Source: Balanoglossus misakiensis
Taxonomy: Eukaryota > Animalia > Hemichordata
NCBI GenBank assembly: GCA_040954595.2
Contig: CM082581.2
Span: 4,022,699-4,086,698 of the forward strand
Direction of reading: 5' to 3'
Length of the DNA: 64,000 bases
This document shows positions 1-30,317 of this stretch, in pieces; within the stretch, counting starts at the first letter, position 1, and each line of letters opens with the position of its first letter. Below the pieces are notes generated by a model. It searched no databases. It was not told the DNA's origin and saw nothing but the letters and a program-made list of their open reading frames with translations. Both the position numbers and the translations under genes were made by a program.

Positions 1-138
1 GCGAGTCGCACATAGTCTTAATGCACTTCCGGGTCGAGCCTTTACTCAGAACAGCGCAAGTAGATCGACGTTCTCCGCTCTCTCCTCGATGTCGTGAAAC
101 AAGTGTCGCTTCTCGCTCCCCGCCTGAGAGCTTTCTTG

Positions 139-152
139 GTCGCCATGGCAAC
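139..152. promoter_or_regulatory. RFX X-box (GTCGCCATGGCAAC) in a COE intron
   Basis: 13/14 match to the palindromic GTTGCCATGGCAAC, within a CpG-rich, motif-dense block. Confidence 0.4.
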
Positions 153-1239
153 TAAGATGGAACACTGCCTAAAATATCTGTTACTTTCCTTCAGCTGATG
201 GCTTTTCATCAGATGGGAACATGTGTTACACAGCTCGCTGCCGTAATGCCCGTGTTGTGTTCTTGGGGGTGACAATACTATGCCCAATGCATTAATCGTG
301 TTCCAGATTTATTATACAGATTAGAAAGTACTCTTGTCTTGTAAACGGAGTAGAGGGGGTACCTTTTATCAATCCTTTGTGCTGGAGCGGGCAGACCGCC
401 TCGTCTTGAAATTTAATATACCAGGGGGTATGGTGTAGCGGCCTGCTTAATACTACAGTTAATTTGATTACTCAAGTCTGCGCCGGCGCCCTTTGATAGT
501 TGCGGCTCGAATGGCAACACAAGAGCGTGAATGCTATTTTATATGTATCTTGTCTCCATAGGCTTGCATACTGATACCAGTGAATGTCAAGGGCTCAAAT
601 TGAAGTCAGGTATCGGGGATTGATGGGGTCGGAGGTCATCCCTCCCAAGTCAGTCTCCACCGATACCCCACTGATATTTAATAGCTGTGAGGTATTACCA
701 TATACCAATACTCAATTGGAAAATTAGCTAACCACCACGAGTGGTCTCCAGGTCCTGTTGAGATTTTTATTTTTCGTGCTCTCGAATTTCTGCACTTTTT
801 TGCCTGGCTCGTCACTCGAGCCACTTACGCATTGCTAGCATCTGAATATTATCACTTTGGGTGATCTTTATTTACAAATCCACTCACGCCTCATGTAGTA
901 ATATTTTTGTCTCTCACCTGAGCTGCTCGTGTGATAAAGAAAGGTTTCATTTATTTGCAGGTCCAATTAATGTTTAATATGTGAGTACATTCAGAGTAGA
1001 AGAGTCAATCTATCTTTTTTTTATATATTTATGTGGATATATATTAAAATTATGGCCAGGAGCTAATAATGGCTGTTGCAACTCAGCTAGGTATGAGCAG
1101 AGGTGTCTAGTGTTTCAATTAGCTTCACACTTGTGACTACTTTACACTTTCTGTGGCACGTCTCTGAAACAACTTCCCTCCAGAAAACACCACCTATGAA
1201 ACAGTCGCCCTTGAACCTCACCAGGGCACAACAATCCCT

Positions 1240-1345
1240 CCACTACACAACACTATACAATGCAACACAACACTACACAACACAACACTATACAACACAA
1301 CACAACACTATACAATGCAACACAACACTATACAACACAACACAA
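1240..1345. repeat. degenerate (CACAA/CACTA)n pentanucleotide microsatellite
   Basis: acaacacaacactatacaacacaacacaac... tandem units. Confidence 0.9.
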
Positions 1346-4300
1346 CCATCCAATCACACAACTATTCCACAGCACAACAAACCCGTCCATGAACCCACCC
1401 ACCAATCATTCAATGGCGCAACTCCCCCCTCCCCTCATAAACAACTTACCCTCCATATTATTTTGCTGTTTTTCGGTTACACCATTTTCTCTGCTCTGTC
1501 GTGTAATTTTGGCTTGTTTTGGCTTTTTTGTAATCTTGGAGAGATGAGGAGATAGATTTTTATCAATGACAAATCACACTTTTCATTTTTTTCTGTCCTT
1601 CCCATAATTTCCATTACTATCAATTTTCCAGTCCTGTACGTGAGTGCCAAAATTTTTTCAGAATTTTGTTTTGAAATTTATGGAAAAAAATGACCAGTGT
1701 AATTATCTGAAGAAAATAACTGAACACTTTGTCAGAGTCTGGATAAACAAATGGTGACAATACAACTCTTGTCTTGCATGGCCTGTATTGGGTTGGCAGT
1801 AGCCGTTACGAGTGGCCATTGACTATGATAGAAACCACTACAGTGCTATGGGGAAAACATTGGAATTTCGTCAAGAAACTTTGTTTCAGTTGCCCAAATG
1901 CATTCATTGAGGTAGATATATAATCAATGTTTTCTGACAAACACGTGCTCTTGACAGTCAACTTTAGTCGACCAAAGAATTTCTGCAAACAGATACTGTA
2001 TGCCATCAGAGCCAAAACAGGTGATGTATAAAGTTTAGGGGAGGTTTACTTATCGACCGGTCAAGTTACTATGCAGTTTCTTGTCATGCACTCATTAACT
2101 GTAAAACGTTTCAGCGAACTTCAAGTAGAAAGCGACGCTCTTCTAAAATTAGAAAGGTGACAGTTGATCTGAGAAAGATTTGCAAGATGTCGTTTACAGT
2201 GGAAGCCATTTGGATTTTATTGCAGTTGAAGAGAGAAAGGTGTCTGCTGGATGTTGAGGTTTTAGGCTTTAAATTGATTGCTGGTTTTTTGGGAGGGAGT
2301 GTAAAAAGCAAGTCAAAGAACACGATCGTCGGTGGGTGCCGGGGCGCCGTGATTGACAGTATTCCCGTTTCTGTCCATGTTTGTGTTGTGCTAGCCTTCA
2401 ATTAGGGGCCACAATTTAAGTGCATGTTTATTCAGACTAAAAGTATCCACAAATACAGGCAGCGGTGAACTGCATGCAATTTAACAGGGTCCACACAAAA
2501 GTGTGTTATTGTATGTCAATCAAACGCCCGTGCACCAAAGTCTACGGCTGTTGATTTTGGCTAAAAGCTGGCATAATTGCATTGGCTTGTGGTCAGCCTT
2601 CAAGACGGAGGGAGTCCACCACCAACAATGTGACAGTGCCTTCCATTTAACCATTCTTCTGTTTCTTAGGTCACCCAAGAACACAACTTGCCCGGATTGG
2701 ATTGTTTCACATGTTTGTTTTAGCTAAATGTGTGCAAAAATGCTATTGACTCGCCAACAAGGGAGAGCAGCGGCCACTCTTACCAGTCTATTTTATTTGG
2801 TCATTGTTCTTTCCCATATAGTTGATTTTTTCCCCTTAAGTAAGCATCAGTTGATGGGGGCACACCAGTGAACAAATATTGGAGCTAATACAGTGCCTGA
2901 CTGACTGACTGACACAAAAATGAACACAAGACGTTCGACAATTAGTGGGAAATATCAGTTTTCATGGCCAATTTCTCACAATTTGTTTCGAAGGCTTTTA
3001 ATTGAACCGTTTGAACAATTTGTCTGTGCTTTTAAAACTGTTGACTTTGAGGACACCATAGTGGCGGAGAAAAATACAAACATCCTGTCGGAAAGTGGTG
3101 ACATATCCCAGAGATCATAGCTGCAGTCTGTACATGTGGTGCTGTACCATTCTGTGTGTCATGAATTTGTCACAGGCCATGGACGTCTTCTACTTCTAGG
3201 CTTTGTTCAAAGACTTTGGCAGTTTTTACATCTGAAAGGAAAGACTGAGCATTGAAGTTGATCAAAATCAAAATATAAACTTTGACTGTGTATGACATTG
3301 CGTGCATTTTGCTGCATGCCAGTCCAACACAGAATGCATGATTTTAGTTTTATTATGAGTATGCAATTACTAATTGAGATTCTGAACAGTCAGAGTTGGA
3401 AACGTAGACTACATCACAACAACAGGTTTTTTCATATTGGCTTCTTATAACCGCAACCAATTGTATAGAGTTTTCTTTTTTGGGAAAAAATGCAATTAAC
3501 TTTCTTTTTTTGGCGTGCCTACTTAGCAATTCCCAAGGTGGACACACACCAGTCTACCTTTATCAATGTAGGAGTATAAAGAAGACAGAATCTGTGTCTT
3601 TTCAGTTCTGTCATCTGATCCGGGCTGGTGGATAAAAGCCAACAAGAGTAAACCATTTGCAGAATCCTCTTCAGTAGATAAAACTTGGAAATTATTTGAG
3701 GCTTGGTAGATTGTCCAAGTAATGCCATTGTTTAGGTATTATGAGTTGAAATTTCAAAGTTATTTTTTCTGTGGGATTAGTTAGGTATAGTGAAGTGGTG
3801 TTCAGGTGTGAAGCTCATTCTAAGTGGGCTTTCAGTCCTCCGATTGCTTTGTGCTAAAAACAGCTTAATGCAGCTTGCCTTCTTGATCCCTTGGATTCTG
3901 TAAGCTCCGGGTTTATTTTCCAATTTTGTTTTTATTTCGGGATAAGAGGATTTAGAAAATCACAGTACAGCCGATCTTGCCCTGCCGTGCCTTAAATGTT
4001 ATGCTAATACAGGATTTTTCGTCACGGAAAATTAAAGTTTTATCGTCTCTGAAATTAAAAGATTTAGAAGATACTCTGCCGTGTTATTATTCATAGTTAG
4101 TTGAATTGTTTAGCTGTTTTAATGTGGCTAGTGGACGCAGGAAAAAGAAAGTCATTTTGGAAATCTCCTGGGTGGTGTTTGAATGGTTGATCATAATGGA
4201 AAATCACCCTTTATCAGAGATTTTGTAACAAGTTACATTAGTGGCCGCTGATAATACAGAAAATTATGAATAGCTGTGCTGCAGCGTCTATTGCCCATAT

Positions 4301-7300
4301 TCACCATCTCTATCGCCCAGTCTACCTGTGTTGTGAGGCAAACTAACAAAGATAAATGTCAAAGCAGGCAAAATTTACCACCATCATTTAATCCCAGCTT
4401 ATCTCTACACAGATTCTTCATAGAATTGACTTTGGGGTAGTGTAAAAGCTAAGTATTAAATGGTAAACATTGATGTAGTTGATGGCTTAGATGAAAATAG
4501 ACCCGCTGTCATAAATTGCTATCTCCCCACCACAGACTGACTGCAAGTTTCGTAACAATGAAAATTTTTAACACCTGAAATATTGTGATCAAACGTGAGG
4601 ACAAATATTCCAGGCACATACCGAGCTTGATCAATCATATTTGCCGGTCATCGAGAATGTCAATACATTATTTACCCTCACAGCTTGCCTGCCTGCGTCA
4701 TGTGTGTTGGATCATATTAAGAATATTAGGCCGATAGTAGAAGTGGTCTCAACAGTAATATTAATGTCATGAAATATTGTTTGGAGTGTTACACTCACAC
4801 ACACAACTGGTTGCTAGGGAAGCCATCTTGCAAATTGAGCATTTCAAATTACATAAATTGTGATCATTGATGATGTTAACGAAACTGAGTCAACAATGAT
4901 TGGGTTGCCAATTGACTCGCACCCATGCATCATGTATTACATGTTGTGTTTTCCGCCAGGCAAAAAAATGGGTGATGTTGATCGGCTCCAACTGAAATTT
5001 TTTACTGAACTTTTGATATTGCTCATAAAATATTCAAAATGGGACTTATCTTGTCACAGAATACCATTAATATTGTTTAATAATTAATATGCATGGAAGT
5101 AATTAGCCAGTGTATCTCTTTTGATGTTTAATAGACAAGAGACAGGATTTTAAAGACTTTAACTTGGCTTATCTTCCGATCTCTTATTAATAGTGAAATT
5201 GGTGCATGTAGTCAGGAGATGCTATTATGCACTAAATGATTGCATATCAATTATTAACTAGGCGCACTAATGTAGCTTACAGTATTGGTGCCTTTCACAT
5301 CCCTACCAAATGTCAACCCGCATTTCAGGTTCAATTTTTCATGGCATTCCATTATTCTATTAGCGGGATGCTGCCGTCCTTCTTGCTGACTTGTTCTCAT
5401 TTGCCATATGCCAACCAGTGCATCACTGTCTGCCGTCTAACTCTTGTGGTCACTTTTTATTTTTCTTCCTTTGTCGTCTGTCGACAATTCCCCTGTCGCC
5501 TTCGCTCTCACGTCGGGGTGTGTGAAATTTGCTGAGAAAATTTTCCATCAAATTGAGTGAAAACAGCGCTGTGTTGTGTTATAACTCGCGCAATTTGCAC
5601 CGTTCAGACAATTACCCAGTCCCCGGTAAGAGGATTTGGTTGGAAATCTGTATTTAACAGATTTGGAGTGAATTTGTTACACTTGCACAAACTGGTATCA
5701 AATGCTGATTCAGAAACTGTCTTCTCACCTACGATGGTAATTTCGTTATTAACTAAGTGTTAGGCCCAGTGACATTGACATTTTTTGCTAACATTCTGGC
5801 TCATGATCTAGTATTACTGAAGTGAAATTGTAACCAAAAAATCTTGTTTCATCAGCTGTATATAATTTTCTAAATTTCTGAAGGGTAAAAAATGATAGAA
5901 GAAAATATATTTACCATAATACAAGTGAAAGAAGATGCTTTTCACAGCAAAAATGCAGAGTCTGTGTCACATTTGCGACTTAAAAAAGGTGAAGATAGAA
6001 AATAGATAAATTAGGGCAGAAAAGTGAATGCCCTAGAAAGTCAACCCACATTTCACCTTTCAACTCATATTTTAATTTTTGTAATTGAAAATTGAGACTG
6101 AATTTTTCAAGTGGGAACAATAGGTAATTGCTGTTTTTTAGCTGTATTTATATTCAAAATGAAATTACCTTGTCGTGTATTCAGCTTTTCCATTAAGTTT
6201 TTATTATTTCCATGATGAAAACTGTAAAAAAAAATTGTCAAAGTCAGCAGTGTTTTCAGAGAAAAATATTTTTACGAGAAAGATGGTGTTATAAATAAGC
6301 TGATTATATGCTAAATAACTAGTTTATTGACAAGAATTTGAAATAAATGATGTGATAATGAAGAGGTGATTGGTTTGTTGGACTCAAGCATCAGACACAA
6401 ATGACCCGTAAGGTCTGTCATAAACCACCATCAAGTGTTGTCTTGCATATTTTCTAATGTTTTTATATTCTTCTGCAAATTATGACGGGTGAAATATACT
6501 AATATTGTGTGGGCTCCTCCAGCCAAATAGGACAGCTTATGAAGTATGGATGTATTAACAATACGCTGTTAGGCGCAGTGTGTCATATACACCGCTGTAA
6601 AATATGCATGACTTGATGTCCACTGACTGTTAGCCAGCCCCTTGAGAAATTTCATATTTTCACCAATTCCCTATAGTCAAATTCAACATAGAACAAGAGA
6701 TATCGGAATAATTATGAGACTTCAAAACAATGACTACTCAACCCTAGCCAGTGCAGTTTTACTCTTGGGCATTTGAATTTGTGTCTGTTGGGCAAGGCAG
6801 ATTCGCACTCGCTGATAAGCTGGTCAGTGATGGACTTAAGTTCATGGCAGAAATCCTGCATCTAGTTGACAGAAACATTTCCTGAAGAGAGAAAGATAAT
6901 ATCCAGCGCACTATAGCGAATGCAAATCGACTCATCTTTAATTTTAATTTTGTTTTATAGATGCAAGGGCTAGTTACACTTCACTGGTTATAACTCAGAA
7001 CAATATCAATGATGTGTCTCTCGCATCCACGCAGCTTTTTCAGATAATGTTTCTTTTAGTCATGACCGCATGAATAAATATTCTCTCAATTCAGTTTACG
7101 TGAAAGTAATTAATATAATTAATGGTAGAAAAATTCCCGGCAATCACCAATTTGATGTTGTATTTGGAATCGACAAGATAGTGATTAACACTTGTCTTGT
7201 CATCCCCAGAATGGACTGATGACAATTTATCACAAAAACACAATTTCTGAAGATTAATATTGGCTCTTGACCCAGGGTTTTCTTTGTTCAGCTGCATAAG

Positions 7301-8930
7301 AACTTAAAAAATTAGACTCAAACAGTTATCAGTCAAACTCTGCATGTAGGATACAGTATTTTACAAAGTCACTAAGTAGTCAGCCATTTTGAAATATATT
7401 TAACTGGATACAGTTTTACTATTTGTCATATTTGCACAAAATGTTCACGATTTTTCAGTCACACAAAACATTTTATTCATGTTATGCATAATTTATCAAT
7501 TTTCCAAGCTATATCTACAGACACATTGACTAATAAATAAATTTAGCCCAATAATTTGCATCAAATATTTTAATTGTATTTTTGGTGTCTTCTCCCATTT
7601 CAGTAACTAGCATTTTCTATCGCATGCATTCTAAATTTAAACTGAGACTCTTTAGGGGAGAGAATTACCCAAAGCAAATTTTGAAATTTGATACATCTGA
7701 AAATTAGACTGACTCTACAGTATGTGATGTTTGGACACAGTAGTTGTTTGATTGCCAAGGTACAGTCCCTGTAAATGTAGCCGATATCTGTAGTAAAAAA
7801 AATGGGGAATAAAATCTATTCTTATGAGATGGAATGAGACTGACCTGATCTAATGTGTATGGACAGAAAAAAACTGATGTTTTTTATAAAGAAAAAAGGC
7901 TTTCTCAGGAAATATTATTGAGCAGAGAATTCAGTTTGTGCATTTCTTATAGTTGCCATAGGTCAAGTGGAATGTTTTTATTGTCAACTTAGAGAGTTAT
8001 CCCGCTCAGAAAATCGGTGGTATATTCTAACGGTTTACCGATATGCATTAAAATTTATGGATATTGAATAACACTTCATAAAATTTGAATAATTTCCAAC
8101 ACTCGGTGCAATATTAATCATGGCGACAAAAAAGATGCAAAGAATTAAGGATGGTAGATATGTAAAGAAGATCAGAGTGGAACAGAAATTCTAGTCAGCT
8201 GAGGCGTCTTAAGTCTGATGTTGATTTATAATAAAAAGAACACTTATGGGTTAACTTCTATCTGACATTAAAAATTTGATATGATTTTGAATCTTGGGGG
8301 AATATGTTTTTATCAGGGAATGGAAAAGAATAATGACTTGAAGCCGTCTGTAACTTCATGAATAATCTATCATGAGTAAAACAATGATTATGCTCAAAGA
8401 TAAACTCTCTTTAATTAACACCATTACTTATTTCCTCCAGTTGACTTCCTTGTCTCATTTTCTTCATAATTATCGTCCAAAAGATGAAAATCAAACGGGA
8501 AATGATTATTTGTGGACAAAAAAGGGCCGCCTGCCAAGTCTGTTGCAGCTCAGCCAGCAGTGCCCTCTATAGCTTATATCTCTGCCATGATGTATCTTAT
8601 TAGTTTAGGTATGGTTCATTTAGCAGCTAGTAGGGGGTGGTGGACTATACTCTGGAGGGACAAATTTGACCTGGATCGTGGCAAGCCTCTAATGAACTAA
8701 GCACCTTGTTGCAATTTGCTAACTTAAATATTTAGGCTATTGGCTAACAAGTGGAAACAATTTAGCAATAAAATCAAACACATCCATCTATTTTCCTTGT
8801 GTGTGTTTTTTTTAAAATATTAGTTGAAATTAAACAGTGTGAGTGTGTTAGACAGGGGCCATCTCAAACTTTAATTTCTCAGCTGATCATCACCGCGAAT
8901 GTAAGAAATTTAGAAAAGATTTTAATTTAG

Positions 8931-26088
<17,158 letters not shown>

Positions 26089-29000
26089 TCACATCAAATC
26101 AGACGGGAAAAAAACGGCTTAGCAACAGGACTCAACAGGGTGAAGGGGAATGTTTCCATGGAAACGCCTCGTAAAATACATGGGACTGTTCACTGATGGA
26201 GAAAAAAAAACTTTTAGAGATATTTCACTACAAGAGTATTAAATTATTCAAACAAATTTGCCAATTTTTATGGGGTTATGTTGTTATAGTAGTAGTAGAA
26301 AATGTGAAGTAGATTGGGAAACATGAAGACAAAAGAGACTATACAAAATATTGAAGTGGTTGAGAATTGATCTCAGAACACAAATGCAAGATTACCACTT
26401 GGTGGTCTTTTATGTATTTTTTTTAAATTCAGGACCATGTGAGGACTTAAAAGAATGATTTTTTTTTTCTTAAGAAATCCTTCACTTCCTACATTGTTAT
26501 GTTGCACTTGTGTCTCAACTCATACTGGACAACATTTCTAGTCTTTAGAGACCTAACTTGTCGTCGTATCTGTATCGATTTTGTCTCTCTCTATATGTCT
26601 ACTATTTGAAACATGTGACAAATGTAACATTAATATTACGAAGAAAAAAAAACTGTTCTCTACAAAAAAGTTCCTTTTACTCTCTTGTAAGTTAATAGAA
26701 CACGTTGTTGGAGGAAATCCTTTTATGACATTTGACACTTTTGTAAATGCTGGAAACTTGCCAAATAACCAAAGCCTTGTATTAGCACTCTGGAATATTA
26801 CCCATCATGCTGTTCTCTCTCTCTCTGACACATATCTTAAAGAAATATCATTACTTTTGATGTATGTCATTTCTGTTTGTTTGATATTGCTCGGAAACAA
26901 GTAGATATAAATATACACGCACACGTACACTCATACACACTGACACATTTAGTGTTTGGTTGTCCATATTTGCCAGCACACACAAAACACCAACTTTTCC
27001 CCGAATCTTTGAACATTGTATGACAGTAGTTTAAAGTCATAAATGTGATCTTTTTTTTCAAAAGTACTATATTTATCACAAAATGCAAGAACTTGATTTT
27101 TCGATTATCGTACTTACAGTGGCACTGTTAAGGTGAATTTAGTGCAATGGGCTTTCAGCAGTGCTGTTTATCCAATAGGGGCTGGGTATATGTACAACCA
27201 GGTGGACTTTAACCTTTGACCTGAGCAATCAATTTGCGTAAATTGAGAGGTCAAAGTGTTGACCCTCTATCGATCAACCAATGGGATTTTCTCTATGCGA
27301 CGAATTTTGAACATGCCTGACAATGTCACATATTGCCTGTTCTGTATAAAACAATGAATTACAAGACAGCGTTTCATCTGGCATTGCCATAAAAGCAAGC
27401 TTTCTTTATTAAACTTGATCACTTCCCTTGTCTTTGTGAACTACTTAAAAAAGAGACTTTTTTTCAGAGGTAAAAAAGAAAAAACTATTTACTACTATAT
27501 TCTAGACTATATGTAATGTATATTTTACTTGTTGCTATTTAACTGCACCAGACACTGAGATTTTGTAGTTTATGACATCCAGTTTTGGTGGCTGTGGTTT
27601 TTATGTAGGTATGCCTTCATTGTAACAGATTCAAAGGAGTTTTATTTTTGTATGTGTGTCATGTGACTCTTGCCAGCCAATGAAAAGGGCTTTTGCTTTT
27701 CTTTCCCGATAATCTTGTCCTGAGCTCTCTAGAAGCCCCCACTTCCGAACACTTGATAGTAGAAGTATATCCCATCTCCCTTTTCCGGGAGAATGACAAA
27801 ATGTAGTGGAAAGTAGTGGAAATTGTGTATTATCCCTCTAATTAATCGTTTCCATCCTAAATGTTTCAAGCGCACTGCCAAAAGCATTTTTTACTGTGAT
27901 TACTTTCAGATATCTGTGATAAGCATTTCTGTGATTTTCCTCTTTTTGGTAATATTTGCTAAAAAAACTCCTAAAATATGATTGTGCAATAGACAAAGTA
28001 TCGTATGGCAGAACTTTTAGACAGCCACCCATTTTCTAAGGAAAATATTCTTTTAAACCAGTTTCCATAAAATGCAAAATGTAATAGTTATGTGAATTGT
28101 TGAAAGAAATGCACTTGAAGGTAATTTTGACAGATCGTATAAATAACACACAAATATAACTCATATCTCAAACAATTTTAAAGAATGTCGTTTTGGAATT
28201 TTAACTTCGCGAAAGGATATTAAAAATCGGATATCTCAGATATGAACTTAAGGAAACTTTCATCCTTGCTGTTGTAAGATAATTTGAAGATCTTTTGGTA
28301 AAACTTCTCTCCCAGTTTCTGAATTAGCCGACAGCTCTCTACTACCTCACAGCTGCATCTGTTAATTTTTTTTTTGTTATTTAATACTAGCCAGATATAT
28401 TCTTGGGGTCAAATTGGGGTCATGACTTAGATGGTGTAAGCCGATTGGTTGCAATCATTGATTGACGCATCCCAGGTGTTCAACAGTTTGTAGCTGGGGT
28501 CACAAAGAAAAAAAACACTTAATTAGCAATCCCAAAACATTTGCACGTAGTTACTTATTGCTACATTACTGGTAGATGGAGGGTGAACATTAGTGAAATG
28601 GGTACCAGGATGGAACCCAGGTGGGTATGTGGATGGAAAACAATGGGTATGAGTAGGGTGGAAGCACCTACATGTGATGGGTGGGTGGGTATGTGAATTG
28701 ATGATATCCACAAAGCTGGAAAACCAGGCATGCCTGTATTAACAGGGTCTGAAAAGATCTGAAAAATAGGACAGATTCTAGGGCTGTATGCAAAGGCCTA
28801 ACTTGTTCACAACTGTATTATGGTGATGTTATTTCTGACAGTATCCTATTCTTTGAACACAGGATTGAAACATGTCAAGAATTGATTGGTTCCACACAGC
28901 TGTGAAATAATGTTCAAAAACATTTTTCGACGAAAATGTATCTGTCATGACATTGGGGATAAATACCCCAATAAAACAATCATGTTTTCATGACTTTGTT

Positions 29001-30311
29001 TCAACAAGCACAAGGCAAGATTAAGGAAGCCTAGTTTACATTTGCTGATGGAAAACTTAGTCAAGTATTATATTTGCTTATAACTTTTTCCTATTTTATG
29101 TTCAGAGTTATGTTAGATGCACACAGTAGTAATTAGGAATTTATTTGAAGTTTTAACTTTCTGATGTCTCAGTATTTTGTACATCTCTTCAGTGTTGATG
29201 AAAAAAATTCAAAAATGGCACTTGGGAAGTCTTTTTAGAAAACAAACAAAACTATATTATATATAATTGGATAAAATCACAAATTGAATGCCTTTAAATT
29301 CAAATAGTATTTATTGCTGATAGTTACCATGGAGATTGCTGTTGCTACATCATGTTACCATGGAGACTTTGGACAATGGCCAGTTACAATAGAACTTAAA
29401 ACAATATACTCCATAGTTTTTATGGAATCTTTTGACATCAAAATCATTGCTGTAACAAAGCTTTTAATAGTTCTGTGTTTCAAAATGGCTGACTGCTAGC
29501 TCCCCGTGATTTTGCCAACAGCATCAGATTCGTTCACTGGTTGGTCGTAATTTTTTTTTACAGAACATCCAATTTGTGTCCTTTATTGGAAGTCGTGTTT
29601 CTTTCATGCTGAAATATCTGTAGTTGCATCTTGTGAAGTATGTTGCTCGCTTGTATATTGCATCGTAGTGCACCATGTTAACCTTTGACCTGTGACACTT
29701 GTTCATGCAGACATTGCCATGTAAGCCTCTCTGTATTGTCATCATTCTTCGCATTTAACAGTTGTGGCTCACTGACATTGACAGACTTTCAAAGTTTCAC
29801 AAATGGAGGACATCTTTATTTCTTGTTGAATTTTTCCCAAACTTTCATCGTTTTATTTTTTCTGTATATGACCTATTTCTCCAACTCATGCTCCTTGAAA
29901 ATGTTATTAAAACAAAATTCATTCAGTATAATTGATGGTCTCTGTCATTATTTTCATCTGTGTAGCCAGGGAACACAACATTAGGGAGACTGTTGTCCAG
30001 CCAACTCTCCTTGCAAGCAGACGATGGAACATATGTAAATTTTTTGTACAGGGGTCCACCTTGTTTATATCTTCTTGTTTGTTGGGTGTGAGTTCTGGGA
30101 AAGAGTGAAAAAATTGGCCCAAATTGAAACCTAGAAGAGACTGGGGTGAGAGGTGCGTTTTTCATTCAGCACTACCCCCCCCCCCACCCACCCCCATGTT
30201 TGACTTACTGACACATTTGACCAGAAATGTTTTTTCTCTCCTAAAAACACTTTATCTCTGGTCCATAGAAAATGTATTGTCCCTAAATGTAGAGGCACAT
30301 GATGTTACATG

Positions 30312-30317
30312 AATAAA
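30312..30317 (+). promoter_or_regulatory. candidate distal polyadenylation signal of COE (AATAAA); a proximal one lies at 28970-28975
   Basis: AATAAA at the end of an AU-rich, UTR-like tract, shortly before the composition shifts to CpG-rich intergenic DNA. Confidence 0.45.

Noticed and set aside
1103-1555. 150-aa and 95-aa ORFs rich in TTQH/NTT repeats
   Set aside because: Produced by the (CACAA)n microsatellite inside a COE intron; no domain or splice support.
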